A stretch of 64,000 nucleotides of DNA from Callorhinchus milii (taxonomy: Eukaryota), in the NCBI RefSeq assembly GCF_018977255.1, contig NW_024704758.1, positions 5,580,001 through 5,644,000 of the forward strand. The letters are read 5' to 3'. How positions within the stretch are numbered: the stretch's first letter is position 1; each line of letters starts with the position of its first letter. Both the position numbers and the translations under genes were made by a program. The notes beneath the pieces are model-generated. The model made no database searches, was not told the DNA's origin, and saw nothing but the letters and a program-made list of their open reading frames with translations. Below, piece by piece: positions 36,201-48,521 of the stretch.

Positions 36201-39200
36201 TGGAAAACTGACAAAGGCATTTTTCACGATTGGCTTGGTAAATTTCATATGTTCGACACGGAAAGAAAATTCCTTTTCGTAATCCTGGGCATTTGGCACC
36301 AGTTTCAGGCTAGAAGAAAACCGATAGCATCCACCTTCATCTGGATCAGGACCCTGATTAGTGATCCCTTCGTAGATCTTATTGTTCTGCTTAAGCCATG
36401 ATGTTGTGATGCTCTGAGTTGTGAAGTTGCTCACATTGCAGGTGAGAACAAGTTCCTTGCCATACACAGGCTCTGGCGGCTCAAGTATGATGTCGGAAAT
36501 TGATGGGATTCCTGTTTAAAAATCGAACAGATGGGATATTGTTGATAAATTTTAGGTCTGCAATTTCACATCATCTTAGCCTTTGGGATCATTTTGCCTT
36601 GAAAATCAAGATGGCACAGAATTGTGGAAAATTGTTTGATTTAGTTGTCATTTTAAAGATCCACTTATATAAAAAAAGGTTCCAAATTAAGACTGGGTTT
36701 AAAACATTACACATCTCGGGGTAATGTTAAATTTCAAGACAACCTGGTCTCAAAGGCTACGACTAGGAATTTCAAGGCACCTTTCTTCCTTTTAAAAGAT
36801 CAAACGGCAGAATGAAGAGAGCCTTCAGCTATTTTGTTCAAGGCCAAGATTAAATGTATAAAAAAATAACCTGTGCACTTGGTATAGCGCCTTATCACAT
36901 TGTTGAAATGGCTCAAGCACTTCATAGGATCTACTGTTGTGTAGTGAGTGTGTATTTGTCAACAAATGTAGCAATACATTTGAGCACAGCAATGTCCCAC
37001 AAATAGCCCAGAAAGTGAACAACTACATTTTATCTTTAGGATTGTTGATCAGGACAATGGAAAAATTCCCATGAAATATCATAGTGCCACGGTATCTTTA
37101 ATGTCTATCCGACAGGCAGACTGGACCTTGGTTTAACATCGCATCTGAAGGACCTCTGACAATGTAGTGCTTCCCCCAGCACCGCACTGGAGTATCACTT
37201 TAAAATATGTGCACAAAATGGGGCCTTGAACAAACAAGCTTTTGACTGAGCAAGGATGCTACGAACTGAGCCAGGCTGATCGGAATGATACACACTTAGA
37301 AAGAAAATAGTCATTAAACCCAAGTTGCTATAAATTACATTGCTGAATTGCTGAAAATAATTGGATCATTTTTGTTTAGAAACACCACTGTGTAAAATGA
37401 ATGCGGGCTCAATAATCACATCTGGACATGGATACCAGGAATACATTCCTGTAGGGCAGCTTAGCTAGCAGGTTTGCACATCTAAATCGATGATAAAACT
37501 CATGTGAAACACCACACGTCTGTCCACTGATAAAATATTATTTGTCACAGTTAAAATTCTATAACTATAAATTTACATTTGTAGCTAAAATAATATTTAC
37601 CCTTTAAGTTCAACATCCGGCTGATCCTCTGTGGCTTACTGGAGGTTTCCACATGAAGAATTTCCATTGTGTATTCAGTGCCATGATCCAGTTCTGTTGG
37701 AATGAACGTCCACTTGGACTTGCGATAATACAGTCCGGTACTCAAATCTTGTTCAGTATCTTCACTTTCGAATTTTTGTCCTGTTATATCGAAACCCCGA
37801 ATCCAGGAAATTTTATTTTCCTTTGGATAGAAGTCATATGCCTTGCAGGACAGAGTAACGGATTTCCCTGCCTCCGGCGAGGGTGGATCAATTTCAATCT
37901 CCATCAGTTTGGGCGCAGATACTTTATTTGGAACAAGAAAAAATTAGTCAATTGCACATTGACAAACAAAATAATCAACTGGTTCACATTACTGGGTAGT
38001 ATTCAAACAAAATAACACCCCAAACCTTCAATATTTTAATAATAATAATAATGCATAATTATCCTAGTGCCTCATCACGTCGTTGAGTTATCTCAAAGTG
38101 CTTCACAAATTATCCTGCATAGAATCATAGAATTATACAGGACAGAAGGAGACCATTCGGCTCTTGTGTCTGTGCCAGCTCTTTGAAAAGAGCTATTCAA
38201 TCCCACTCCCCCGCTCTCACCCCATAGCTCTGCAAACTTGTCCTCCCCAAATAATTATCTACTTCTCTCTTAAAAGTTGTTATCGAATTGGCTTCCACAA
38301 CCCTTTCATGCAATACATTCCAGATCTGAACAACTCGCTGTGCGAAAAGTTTTCTCCTCACCTCCCGTTTCTTTTAACAACTACTTTAAATTGGTGCCCT
38401 CAGGTTACCGACCCACCCACCAGTGGAATTAGTTTCTCCTTGTTCACCCTATCGAATCCCCTCATAATTTTGAAAACTTCCATTAAGTCTCCTCTTAACC
38501 TGCTCTGCTCCCAGGAGAAGGGAGAGTTTCCCAGTGTCCTGACCAATAATCCCCCATATAAAGTTGGTCATTCACTTTATGATTTTTGTCGGAGATTACT
38601 GTATACAAATTGGCTGCCGTCTTTTGCCTACAAATACAGTCACTACACTTCCTAGTAAATCACGTGAAGCTCCTTGACATGTCCTGATGATGTGATAAGG
38701 CGCTATATCAGAAGTAAGAATTATTATCTTCTGAATTCGTAACCAAAACATAATGGTCCCTCCCTTCGTCTGGTTCAACTGATCCATAATTGTATAAAAG
38801 GTTGAATGACAGAATTGTTAGAAGTAGGCTTTGTGCTTTATCCTCTAAGAAACCCATTCATATTTATATAAGTAGCAAAACACTTTGGAATTTTATGCAA
38901 GATTCATTTATACATTTGCGATTTTATATCTGTCTATGAAAAATAACCAATGAAATGTTACAAAAAAATCATAACATTTCATAGCAAATTGAATACCTCA
39001 CTCTGCTATTTAGCACATTTCATAGAATATACAAAATGATGATCAACAGCGATCCTGACTGCACAGAATTAATACTCACCCAAACGGTCAAGAACCCAAT
39101 GGATCTCCGCCGGTTCTGTTAGGCTCTCGTGGTACATTTTACAAACATACTTGCTGTCAACATCCTTTCTCGTGGCTACAGTCGTCATGTTAGATGTAAA

Positions 39201-42200
39201 ATAGAACAACGCATTGTTTCCCAACATAGGCTCACTATCTTCCGATTCTAATGGGTTCTGCTCATTGTCCTTAAACCATTCAGCTCTGATTGTTTTGGGG
39301 TAAAAGAAATTGACCCGGCAGCTTAATTTCAAAGACTCTCCTGCCACTGGTGTTTTGGGGACTGACTGAATCTGCTCCAGTTTGGGTGTGCCTGAAAGCG
39401 GAACAATATGAACACAGCAATTAAATACAAGGACATTGCAGACATTTTGGAATTAAAATAGGAATTTTTCTTTTTGTCTGTTCATTTTAAGCCACATAAT
39501 TTTTCTTTGATATGTTAGGTAATATTCCCCCAATTACCACCCCACCCCATCCCAACCCCCCCCCCCACACACACACACACATCCACAGCACCCTCCAGTA
39601 TAATTAGCAAGTGTAGGTTTATAAGAGGCATGGCTTGGGGGCTACCGCATTACTAGAACCAGCTAAAACTCCGAGCACGACATTGCGAACACTGCTAGGC
39701 TTCCTTGCTTGTACAGTTCTGATCAACCTGCCCATTCAGCCTTTGACTTGCAAGGTTAACAGAATCACTGCCTCCAGAACCTCTTAACTAGAGCAAAATT
39801 AAAGTATTTCACTCCTGCAGTTCAGAGTTGTTTCAGTAAACTTTAAACATAAAGCATTTTTTAAAATAAACCTACCTTTAATATCCAGCTTAGTTTCTCT
39901 TTTTTCAACCTTGTCAGTGGCCTCATGATGCACCTCACAAACATACTTTATTCCCATGTCTTCCTGAATATCTGGTATAATATTCAATACACTGATGACG
40001 CTATATGTTTTATCCTCATACTGCATCTCACTGATGTAATGGTTAAACTTATTCGTCTGACTGGGGTTGGTTTCGAGCAACCTCTTTGTGTCTTTGTCGA
40101 GGTAAGCAATTTCTTTCTTGTTGCCAGCACCCCAGAGTTGGTACCAAATGATTTTCAATGGTTTTGGTTTAAATCCATTGATGGAACAGGCCAAGGACAC
40201 CAGCTCATTGTGAATGATGCGAGGTGGCAGCAAAATGTCCGAAATCTTCGGTGGAACTTTGGGAAAGAAAAATAGCAGAACAATGCATCAGAAAAGGAAA
40301 AGGTCCCATTTGCTGATTGGAATTTTCTCTGAATAAGCCACAGTTAAAAGGTAGCAATGCTTTTCCTGAAGAAATGCAAAACGATTTGAGATTTCTTACT
40401 TTTATGTAATCAAAGTGCTATGTAAATAATACTAAGAATCTTGCAATTGATATAGCATTATGTCTTTGAGATGCTTCACAGTGCTTCACAGAATATGCTA
40501 TAAAGTGGATTGACTGTAGAATTTGTGGGCGAAGCGAGGCAACCAATTATGCTCAGCAGTATAATAATAACAATAATAATGCTTATATTTGGTATAACAC
40601 CTTCCATGTCGGTAGGACTTCCCAAAGTACTTCACAGAATATACTGTAAAGTGCAGTGACTGTGTATTTTATGGGTGAATGCTACGGCCAATTTGTTCAT
40701 AGACAAATTTTATTTGGGTGATTGTTGGCCAGGACACTGGGAGAAACTCCTTTCTCTTTTCAAATAATGCTATGGACTCTTTGATATCCACCTGAACAGG
40801 CAGACATGGCCTTGATTTTTAATCTCATGCAAAGGAAGGCACCTCGAACAACTCAGCACATCCCAGCAACTTATTGGAAAGTCATCTTGGATTATATGAG
40901 TTCCAAGTCTCGGCACGGGGCTTGAACCCACAACCTTCTGATGAGAGTGCTACCAACGGAGATAGGAATGATCATTGTAACTTTTGCTAAATTTCCAGAT
41001 TACCAGCAAGGCATTTTCACATTAAGATGTTCACAGTAAAATCCTGTGAAGCACTTTCAGACATCTCAACAACAAATGTAAGGATTATTATTATTATATC
41101 ATGCGGAATCACGTGAAAAGTGTTAAATCATTTAGTTACCTCCAACGACCTCCAGAGTTATCTTCTCCTCCATCGCAATCCAAAGAGTTTCATGCTGCAC
41201 TTCAAAGGTTAATTCCATCCCGTTATCGCTGTACATGTCGGGCCACATTTTAATGACACAATTCACAGTGGAATTCCCATCTTTCAAACTAGTAAGTGAG
41301 AAATTGGGAGTAAAGGATTCATCACAACAGCCCTTTCCATTTGAGAGAAGATTCGCTTCCTCATCAGGATTTTTCAACATAGTATTGCTCCAACAATAAA
41401 TTTTCTTCTTTTCCTGTTCGCTTCTTTTGACCCATAAAGTGATGGAAATCTTAACCGGTCTAAAACCAATAACTTGGCAACTTATTAAGGCTTCTTCTTG
41501 GTGTCTAATAGTGGCAGGTTTGCTGATTTTAGTGAATTTTGGAGAAACTGAGGAAAGAAAACAGGAGTTAAAACCAGATATTCGAGTGTTTGCATGTGTT
41601 TGCTCTGTGTGCGCACTGCCACCTAAGCGCTGATTCCAGTAAGAAAATAGAATGGGAGACACTGTTTCATACGTGCACATTAGAACAACTTTAACCCTTC
41701 TGCCCTCATGCTCTGGGACTCCGGCTCACCCACTTCCCTCAATACCTATCTTTTCAACTGTGCTTTTACTTAGAATCTCTGGCCCAACTAGTCCTTGCTG
41801 GTGTTTATTCTCCACACAAGTCTCCACACACTCCATGTTCCCTCCCATACCCTTCTATCCCCTTCTCCCTCAAGCGTTACATAGCTTCCTCTTAGGTTCA
41901 AGCACCTCAAAATGTTAAAACAATTTTGCACGTCAACCTAACATGAAATTTGATATATAAATATAAACTGATGTTCCTGTACTTATGCATTTCACAATGG
42001 ATTTAAGAGGAAACTCGATCCATACATGAGAAAAAAAGGGAGGAATGAACAGCAGATTAGACACAAGATCACATTGAACAGATTCCTAGCACGTTGTAAA
42101 CTGAAAGCCTCCAACCAAGCAACACTTTACCTTTTTTAAAACGTGTTGTATAAACGAAGAACAGTCCAGCAAATGCCAACGTGCTCAGGATCAAGGTTCC

Positions 42201-45200
42201 AATTATAGCCCCAGCAATCGCTCCTCCCGATGTTTTCTCTGGTTCTGAAACATAACAAATAACAAGGTACAGTCTTCGAGGCAAAGGCAGCATCACAAGC
42301 AACATGGTGTCTAACGCATGGCAAATTTCTCCGCCAGAAAGGATCTAAAGTTCCAACAAATGAGCTGGAAAACCAATCACAACTTTCAGGATTCGAGAGC
42401 CAATATTATTTCTTTCTTCGAAACTCAAATCGAGAATCACAATCCAAAAGCCAAAATGAATGCCACAAGTCTGACTTTGCACCTAAGACCTTGCATCTAA
42501 AAGTGCAAACTGATTTTTATAGCTTCGTACACGATTCACAAGAGACGTTCATTTCGTTACTTTACTCATGAAATAGAATCATGGAAATTTACAGATCAGG
42601 AGAGGCCAGCCCTTTGAGTCTGCACCAGCTCTCAGAGCAAGCTTTTTGTTTGATCCCACTGCCCCGTTTTTCCCCCACCCCTTTCAAGGCTTTTTTTTTA
42701 TATACCCGTCTACTTTCCTCTGGAAACCCACAATGAACTCTTGCCTCTAACAGAGCCGTTCCACATCCCAACAGCTCTCTGTGTGTGAAAATATTTCTCC
42801 TAAGATCGCCTTTCACTCTTCTTGCAGCTATCTGATATCTATTTACCTTTCACGGTGAGTTTGGCCTCTGTTATCCATGGGCTACTAAATGTTTTGTGCC
42901 GAACCTCACACTTGTAGATGGCCCCATTGTCAACCATTGTTGGTTCAATCCGTATCACACTGGACACATTGAACGTTCCATCTTTGTCAGGCACTGGAAC
43001 ACCTGTGCAGATATCATTGACAACTGTCTCAGTGCTTCCCGATAAGATCTTGACCCACTTGATAGTGTATTCCTGGGGATAAAACCTGATAATGTTGCAC
43101 CTCACAGAGCCCTCTGAACCGCTCACCACAGTAAAGTGTTTTGTGGACAAGCTGACTCTTGGTTTAACTGCATAAAAGAAAAACATTAGGTTTAGAACAG
43201 TCACACTGAAAAACAAGCAAAGTCGCATCTTACTGCAAATGTTGTCTATTTTCCTGTCTCCGTTATTGTATATGCTTTGGAAAACCAGCTTCCATATTAC
43301 TGGAATTAAAGATTTTTTTAAATTCTGCCTGATCTTAAATTTTAAGACAAAAAATTGGTGCAGAAATTTCAAATTTTCTCTCAGTTCTTTCAGGAACTGC
43401 AGAATAATCAGCTTCAATGTTAAGATTGAATTCAACAATTTGCCAAACTCTGGACCTTCTAAAGTGCTAAAAAAAACAGCAAATCTAGTCTCAGATGGAA
43501 TTTCTATCCCGCAATGGTTTATCAGGCGAAGACTGGGTGGAATTCCAGGCCTCTCTAAATTGTTGGCATCTCTTTTGGAGCGGTTACTGGAAAATGAAAA
43601 TTCTCTTTACAAGCTTGTTCACTGATATTGGGGTGGAGAGGATGGGGGACATGAAGCAGACTGGTGTTTGCTGAGCAAAGGTAATGGTTGGGGCTTTAGG
43701 GTTATAGAAGGTGATCACAGAGGGAGGGTGGAACAAGGCCATGATTGGATGGATAGGGTACTCAAGGGATATGATAAAAGGGTAGGGAAATGAAAGTTGC
43801 AGATCAGCCATGACCTAATAAATAATGAAATAATCTGGTCGGACTGAATGATTTAATCCTGTTCCTATCTTCTAATGCTCTTAACAACTTAACACACATC
43901 CCAATGTACAGTTTGTTGAATCTCTTTACCTGACACCAGGATTGATGCAGATTTTTCTACTTTAGAAGGGGTAATAAATATAGCACACGTGTACTGTCCC
44001 TCGTCTTCAAATTGTACTCTCAAAAGTTCAAGGGTTGCATCTCCTAGTTTTAAGAGGTCGTCTGACATCCTTACTCCTGCTTTCTTTGAAATATGTTTTC
44101 CTCCATTGAACACGTAGATTTCTTTCTTAGTCATGTTCTTGTAAGAGAACAACCACTGCACAGCCAGATTGTCAAGGTTAAGTGTATCTGAGCCATAGTT
44201 AGTTATTTTGCACTCCAGCCTAACTGCTGTGTCTAATAGCACTTCCATTGGATTTTTAAATATGGTCACGTCAAAAGAACCTGCAGACGACAGAAAACAA
44301 AATGAATATTCCAACAACTTTATACAGCGCCCTTCACTTAGAATAACATCTCAGAGCGCTTTACAATGGCAGGGTGGACAACCAAGCCAGATGGGGATGG
44401 GTGGGAGGGGGGGTGGGGGGGGAGAGAGTAAGGCTGAAACATTAATATCTAATCCAAATATCAAAGCAAAAATAAAAGTTGAGGTTCTCCAACAGATTAG
44501 TGATAACTTCGACATAATGTGCTGTGAAATTATGCCCACAAAGTTTCACCCATCCCTACCCTTCTCCACTCATTGACAAATTCAACAGCATGAGGCAATT
44601 GACTGATTTCTAAGAGTTATAAGGTGAGACTCACTCCCTCGTTTTCAAGATACTGAACCTTTCAAGCTTGTAGCTCTTACCGCAAACAATATTAAGGCAC
44701 ATCTGAATTGTGTTTGTGTTGGAATTTTTAGTGTTACATTGAAACTTCCATCCTTTTATGTTGGTCTACCAATGTTGCTCTGAGTGGTTTATTATTTAAA
44801 AACACACTTTTTTACATCAACAGGAAAGCACAGTAAACTTGAGGAGGGAATTGCAACATTTGATGTGACACATACACAATTGTTACTCAATTTGTAACAT
44901 TGTTAACAAATGTGACATCAAACACAACTAATAATAAAATAATAATAATCCTTGCATTTGATATAGGGTTTTTCACGTCGTCTCAATGTTTCGAAGTGCT
45001 TCACAGAATAGACTGTAAAGTGAATTGACTGTACATTTGTGACCGAACGCAGCAGCCAATTGCGCACAGCAGTTTCCCACAAACAGTCATGGATTGAAAA
45101 TGACCAATTTATTGTTGTTTTGTTTTGGAGGGATTATTATTAGGCGTGTGGAGTAAGAAAACTTGCCCAAGGTTTCCTCCTGTACATTGTAAAGAACTTG

Positions 45201-46556
45201 TAACCTAATGTTGCATTTTAAAAGTACAGACCATTGCTGAGCTAAGTTCAAACAGATTGACTTTGCTACAAGATTTCTCCTCCTGACTACAATGCCGGTC
45301 TCCCCAGCTCCACCATTCACAAAATCCAACTGATTCAAAACTCCACCGCCTCTCCCATACCAAACTCCGCACTCCCATGAGCCCAGTACTGGCCAGACTC
45401 CACTGACATCCTGTTGCTGAATGAATCGATTTCAGGATCTCTGCTCTCACCTACAAATCACTTCATGCCCAGCACCTGCCTATCTTTCCAGCCTTGTGCA
45501 CATCAGTTGTCCCCTCCACCTTCTGCTTTTAGTTCATAGGCCCTAAAGCTCTGGAACTCCTTGCTTCGATCCCTCCACCTTGCCCCCTCTTGGCCCATCT
45601 TCAAATCTTACCGAAAGACCTTTTCCTTTAACCTTGTCTACATTCAATTCTTCCCAGATCTGCATCAAACTGTGCCATTGTTAAGCGCTCCGAAACACAC
45701 GAAGGGCATTATATAAATGCAAGTTATGATTGTTTTTAAGTGGAATTGAGAAAGTAAGCCCAAAACAATCTTTTCAGATGCACGGAGACAGCAGAACAAG
45801 GGGACACACATTTAATGGTCAGAAAAGGCAGACTCCTCAGAGTATTTCCTTACCCTGAGGGTAATTAATAATAATAATAATAATCCTTGCATTTGATATA
45901 GCGCTTTTCACGTCGGGAGGACGTCCCAAAGCGCTTCGCAGAACACACTGTAAAGTGAATTGACTGTATATTTGTGGGGGAACGCGGCAGCCAGGTCTCT
46001 CACTTGCAAAGCAAGTGCTCTAACAACTGAGCTACAGGACTCCTAATGACTGAAGCACATTATCAGGAAGTGGAACTTTAACATACACCTGAACACGCAA
46101 ATGGCACCTCAGTTTAACGTATTCAGGGGTGAATAGATCAAATGAGTCTTTATCCATACCCAGTGTGATCTACTAGTGAAAATAGCCTTTGCTCAGAGCA
46201 ATTCACTCACTGGACAAAGTCAAAAAAGGGTTGGATCCCGCCTCAAGTTAGTGTTAAAAGAACCTGACATATTCACACAAGCATAGAGGCAGTACTAAAG
46301 CATCCAGATTTTTTCTTTTGCACTAAAAATCTACAGTTTGCTGAGAATTATTTTATCATGGTAACAGGAAAATATTGATTTCTCTCTCCAGCCTCTACAC
46401 CTTCTCCACCACCACCACCTTCCACCCACCACCACCCAAACAACAAAAAACATAGTGCCTTAAAACAAGGCGAGTTACTTCACTACCTGCTAGGCAGAAG
46501 AGACTGCAGGAGATCAGAGCCCACATTAAGGTCGCTGCATGCAGATCGTGTCCCAT
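32912..46556 (-). CDS. Gene C: SP-V-C1-TM, six C1-type domains, acidic mini-exon, seventh C1 domain; about 1089 aa, intact
   Basis: Exons: 46487-46556, 43930-44280, 42847-43167, 42131-42244, 41140-41547, 39876-40256, 39080-39391, 37601-37921, 36200-36511, 35700-36014, 34025-34084, 32912-33216. Total 3270 nt = 1090 codons with no internal stop. Confidence 0.85.
34025..34084 (-). CDS. Gene C acidic linker mini-exon
   Basis: cccatttaag|AT GGT GAT...GAA G|gtaaaa; DGDDDEVDEPVSDEMKSDDE; 60 nt, phase 1-1. Confidence 0.72.
35700..36014 (-). CDS. Gene C post-TM domain 6 (B-strand Cys lost)
   Basis: VSLSISLSNYVPSGITVKWFKK...FRCEVTH; 315 nt. Confidence 0.85.
36200..36511 (-). CDS. Gene C post-TM domain 5
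   Basis: GIPSISDIILEPPEPVYGKELVLTCNVSNF...; F-strand reads FSFRVEH; 312 nt. Confidence 0.86.
36860..37280 (-). mobile_element. Older SacSINE1-like DeuSINE
   Basis: Deu domain plus tRNA-like head. Confidence 0.68.
37601..37921 (-). CDS. Gene C post-TM domain 4
   Basis: LSCKAYDFYPKENKISW...; F-strand reads YTMEILH; 321 nt. Confidence 0.86.
39080..39391 (-). CDS. Gene C post-TM domain 3
   Basis: LSCRVNFFYPKTIRAEWFKD...YVCKMYHESL; donor gtgagt; 312 nt. Confidence 0.88.
39876..40256 (-). CDS. Gene C post-TM domain 2
   Basis: VPPKISDILLPPRIIHNELVSLACSINGFKPKPLKIIWY...YVCEVHH; 381 nt. Confidence 0.88.
40560..40960 (-). mobile_element. Older SacSINE1-like DeuSINE
   Basis: Deu domain plus tRNA-like head. 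Confidence 0.68.
41140..41547 (-). CDS. Gene C post-TM domain 1
   Basis: VSPKFTKISKPATIRHQEEALISCQVIGFRP...; F-strand reads LTFEVQH; 408 nt. Confidence 0.86.
42131..42244 (-). CDS. Gene C transmembrane exon
   Basis: EPEKTSGGAIAGAIIGTLILSTLAFAGLFFVYTTRFKK G|gtaaag; 114 nt. Confidence 0.88.
42847..43167 (-). CDS. Gene C extracellular C1 exon
   Basis: VRCNIIRFYPQEYTIKW...DGTFNVSSVIR...YKCEVRHKTF; 321 nt. Confidence 0.9.
43930..44280 (-). CDS. Gene C V-set exon
   Basis: VRLECKI...AVQWLF...GDATLELLRVQFEDEGQYTCAIF; 351 nt. Confidence 0.9.
44930..45180 (-). mobile_element. Young SINE lacking the head
   Basis: Tail plus Deu core. Confidence 0.8.
45866..46043 (-). mobile_element. Young SINE with internal deletion
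   Basis: Deu core joined directly to the tRNA head (gcggcagcca|ggtctctc). Confidence 0.82.
46487..46556 (-). CDS. Gene C signal-peptide exon
   Basis: MGHDLHAATLMWALISCSLFCLA G|gtagtg; 70 nt, phase 1; ISRE 90 bp upstream. Confidence 0.72.
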
Positions 46557-46645
46557 GTCTCGAAGCTTCACCCTGGGATATTTTCGCCAGCCATCTCTGT
46601 TCGAAGCCATTTTATAAATCCACCAAAATTTCTGTTTAAGAATTA

Positions 46646-46657
46646 AGTTTCGCTTTC
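46646..46657. promoter_or_regulatory. ISRE upstream of gene C
   Basis: AGTTTCGCTTTC, exact consensus; 90 bp upstream of the ATG. Confidence 0.65.
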
Positions 46658-46789
46658 TCTCATGAGAGCTTACGCAAACACCCAAAAGCAGACTCAAATG
46701 ATTCGAGTTACGTAGCACCACTCGGTGGTTTCCGATAGTACAGCACACAGAATTCATCCAACATATACAGTAGTTACAGAATTTAAATA

Positions 46790-47380
46790 ATCATAATAAT
46801 CCTTCCATTTGATACAACGCTTTGTCACATCTTCGAGACGTCTCAAAGAATTCACGGAATATACTGTAAAGTGAATCGACTGTATATATTGTGGGCGAAA
46901 TGCAGCAGCCAATTGCCCACAGCACTGTCCCACAAGCAGTCGTGGATTGAAGTGACCAATTTATTATTTTTTTGAAAGAATTATTAACCCCGGAAAACGT
47001 TCCGCCAATCAACTAACATGCGGGTTGCTACCTTGGGCAAGTTTCCTTACTCCACATGCCTAATAATAATCCCTCCAAAACCAAAAACAATAATAAATTG
47101 GTCATTTTCAATCTACGACTGTTTGTGGGACATTGCTGTGCGCAATTGGCTGCCGCGTTCCCTCACAAATATACAGTCAATTCACTTCACAGTTTGTTCT
47201 GTGAAGCGCTTTGGGACGTCCTCCCGACGTGAAAACGCGATATCAAATGCAAGGATTATTATTACTGCTAGGTAAACCGAGGTGTGTGGAAGTAAGGAAA
47301 CCTGCCCAACATTTCGCCCTGCCAGGAATTGAACCAGATCTCTCGCTTGCGAGGCAAGTGCTCTAACCACTGAGCTACAG
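46790..47380. mobile_element. Cluster of SINE fragments in alternating orientation
   Basis: Minus 3' part at about 46790-46985; plus headless copy at about 47030-47263; minus head at about 47285-47380. Confidence 0.78.
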
Positions 47381-48132
47381 TCTTTCTGTATGTTTAGGCA
47401 TATTTAACATCATTACTTTAATTCAGGCATTAACATTCCATTGGTGTTATATTTAGCATCTTCTTCCTTTTTTTTAGAAACAAAGCAATCAGTAAAGCAA
47501 ATTATATTGACCAAACTGCTTCCTACATTTGTATCTGATTCCACTTTAAGAACAATAACTAGAGGGAGTTTAATGCTTAAAATAATAATAATCATAATAA
47601 ATAATCCTTGTATTTGACACAGCGTGTTGTCACACAATCCCAATCTTTCAAATGTCACACAGGTTTTGCTGTAGAGTGTAGTGACTGTATATTTTGTAGA
47701 CAGGCCTGTGCCACAATTGCAATAATAGTTTTGTGCATTTGATATAGTGTCTATATTGCATTGTTCTTGCTGCTGAAGAAAATCTTCCTCGTGCCTGTCC
47801 TGAAATTGCCCTTTACAACTCTAAACCCATGTCCAGAACAGACACCAGGAAGAATTTCTTTATCCAGAGATTAGTTAATAACTGCAACAAGTTTCCAGGA
47901 AGAGTGGGTGAGACCATTGGACTCATTTTGAAAAAAAGTTTGGGATTTTACCCTGTAATGGGAAGACACGAGAGTGGGTATTCTGGAAATATGAGATCAG
48001 ATGAGCTGAAAGGGCTTTTTTCATTCGAATTAATTTTGTGATCTTGTGAAAAAGACAGTATCTCAGACAATACATCACACCCCAGCACTGCACTAAAGCA
48101 TCAGCTATGTGGGGCTTGAACCCACAAACTGT

Positions 48133-48454
48133 GGAGTCCTGTAGCTCAGTGGTTAGAGCACTCGCTTTGCAAGTGAGAGACCTGAGTTCAATTCCAGGCA
48201 GGTCAGGGCGAAACCTTGGGCAAGTTTCCTTACTCCACACAGAGCCTAATAATAATCCCTCCAAAACCAAAAACAATAATAAATTGGTCATTTTCAATCT
48301 ACGACTGTTTGTGGGACACTGTTGTGCGCAATTGGCTGCCGCGTTCTCCCACAAATATACAGTCAATTCACTTTACAGTATATTCTGTTAAGCGCTTTGG
48401 GACGTCTAGAAGACGTGAAAAGCGCTATATCAAATGCAAGGATTATTATTATTA
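48133..48454 (+). mobile_element. Young SINE, full length
   Basis: Same consensus. Confidence 0.88.
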
Positions 48455-48521
48455 TTTACAGAATTACAGGCTAAATTTAGGTCTTATTTTCAGGACATGG
48501 GATCGTATTTGACAGCCTTAC

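Noticed and set aside
21600-40050. TYSV/TYSI sequences in post-TM domain 2 as ITIM/ITSM
   Set aside because: They are the structural DGTY/FS E-strand motif of C1 domains and probably not exposed
42131-46556. Tapasin/TAPBPL identity
   Set aside because: V-C1 resemble the tapasin membrane-proximal domains, but the N-terminal tapasin domain, TM lysine and C-terminal KKxx signal are absent
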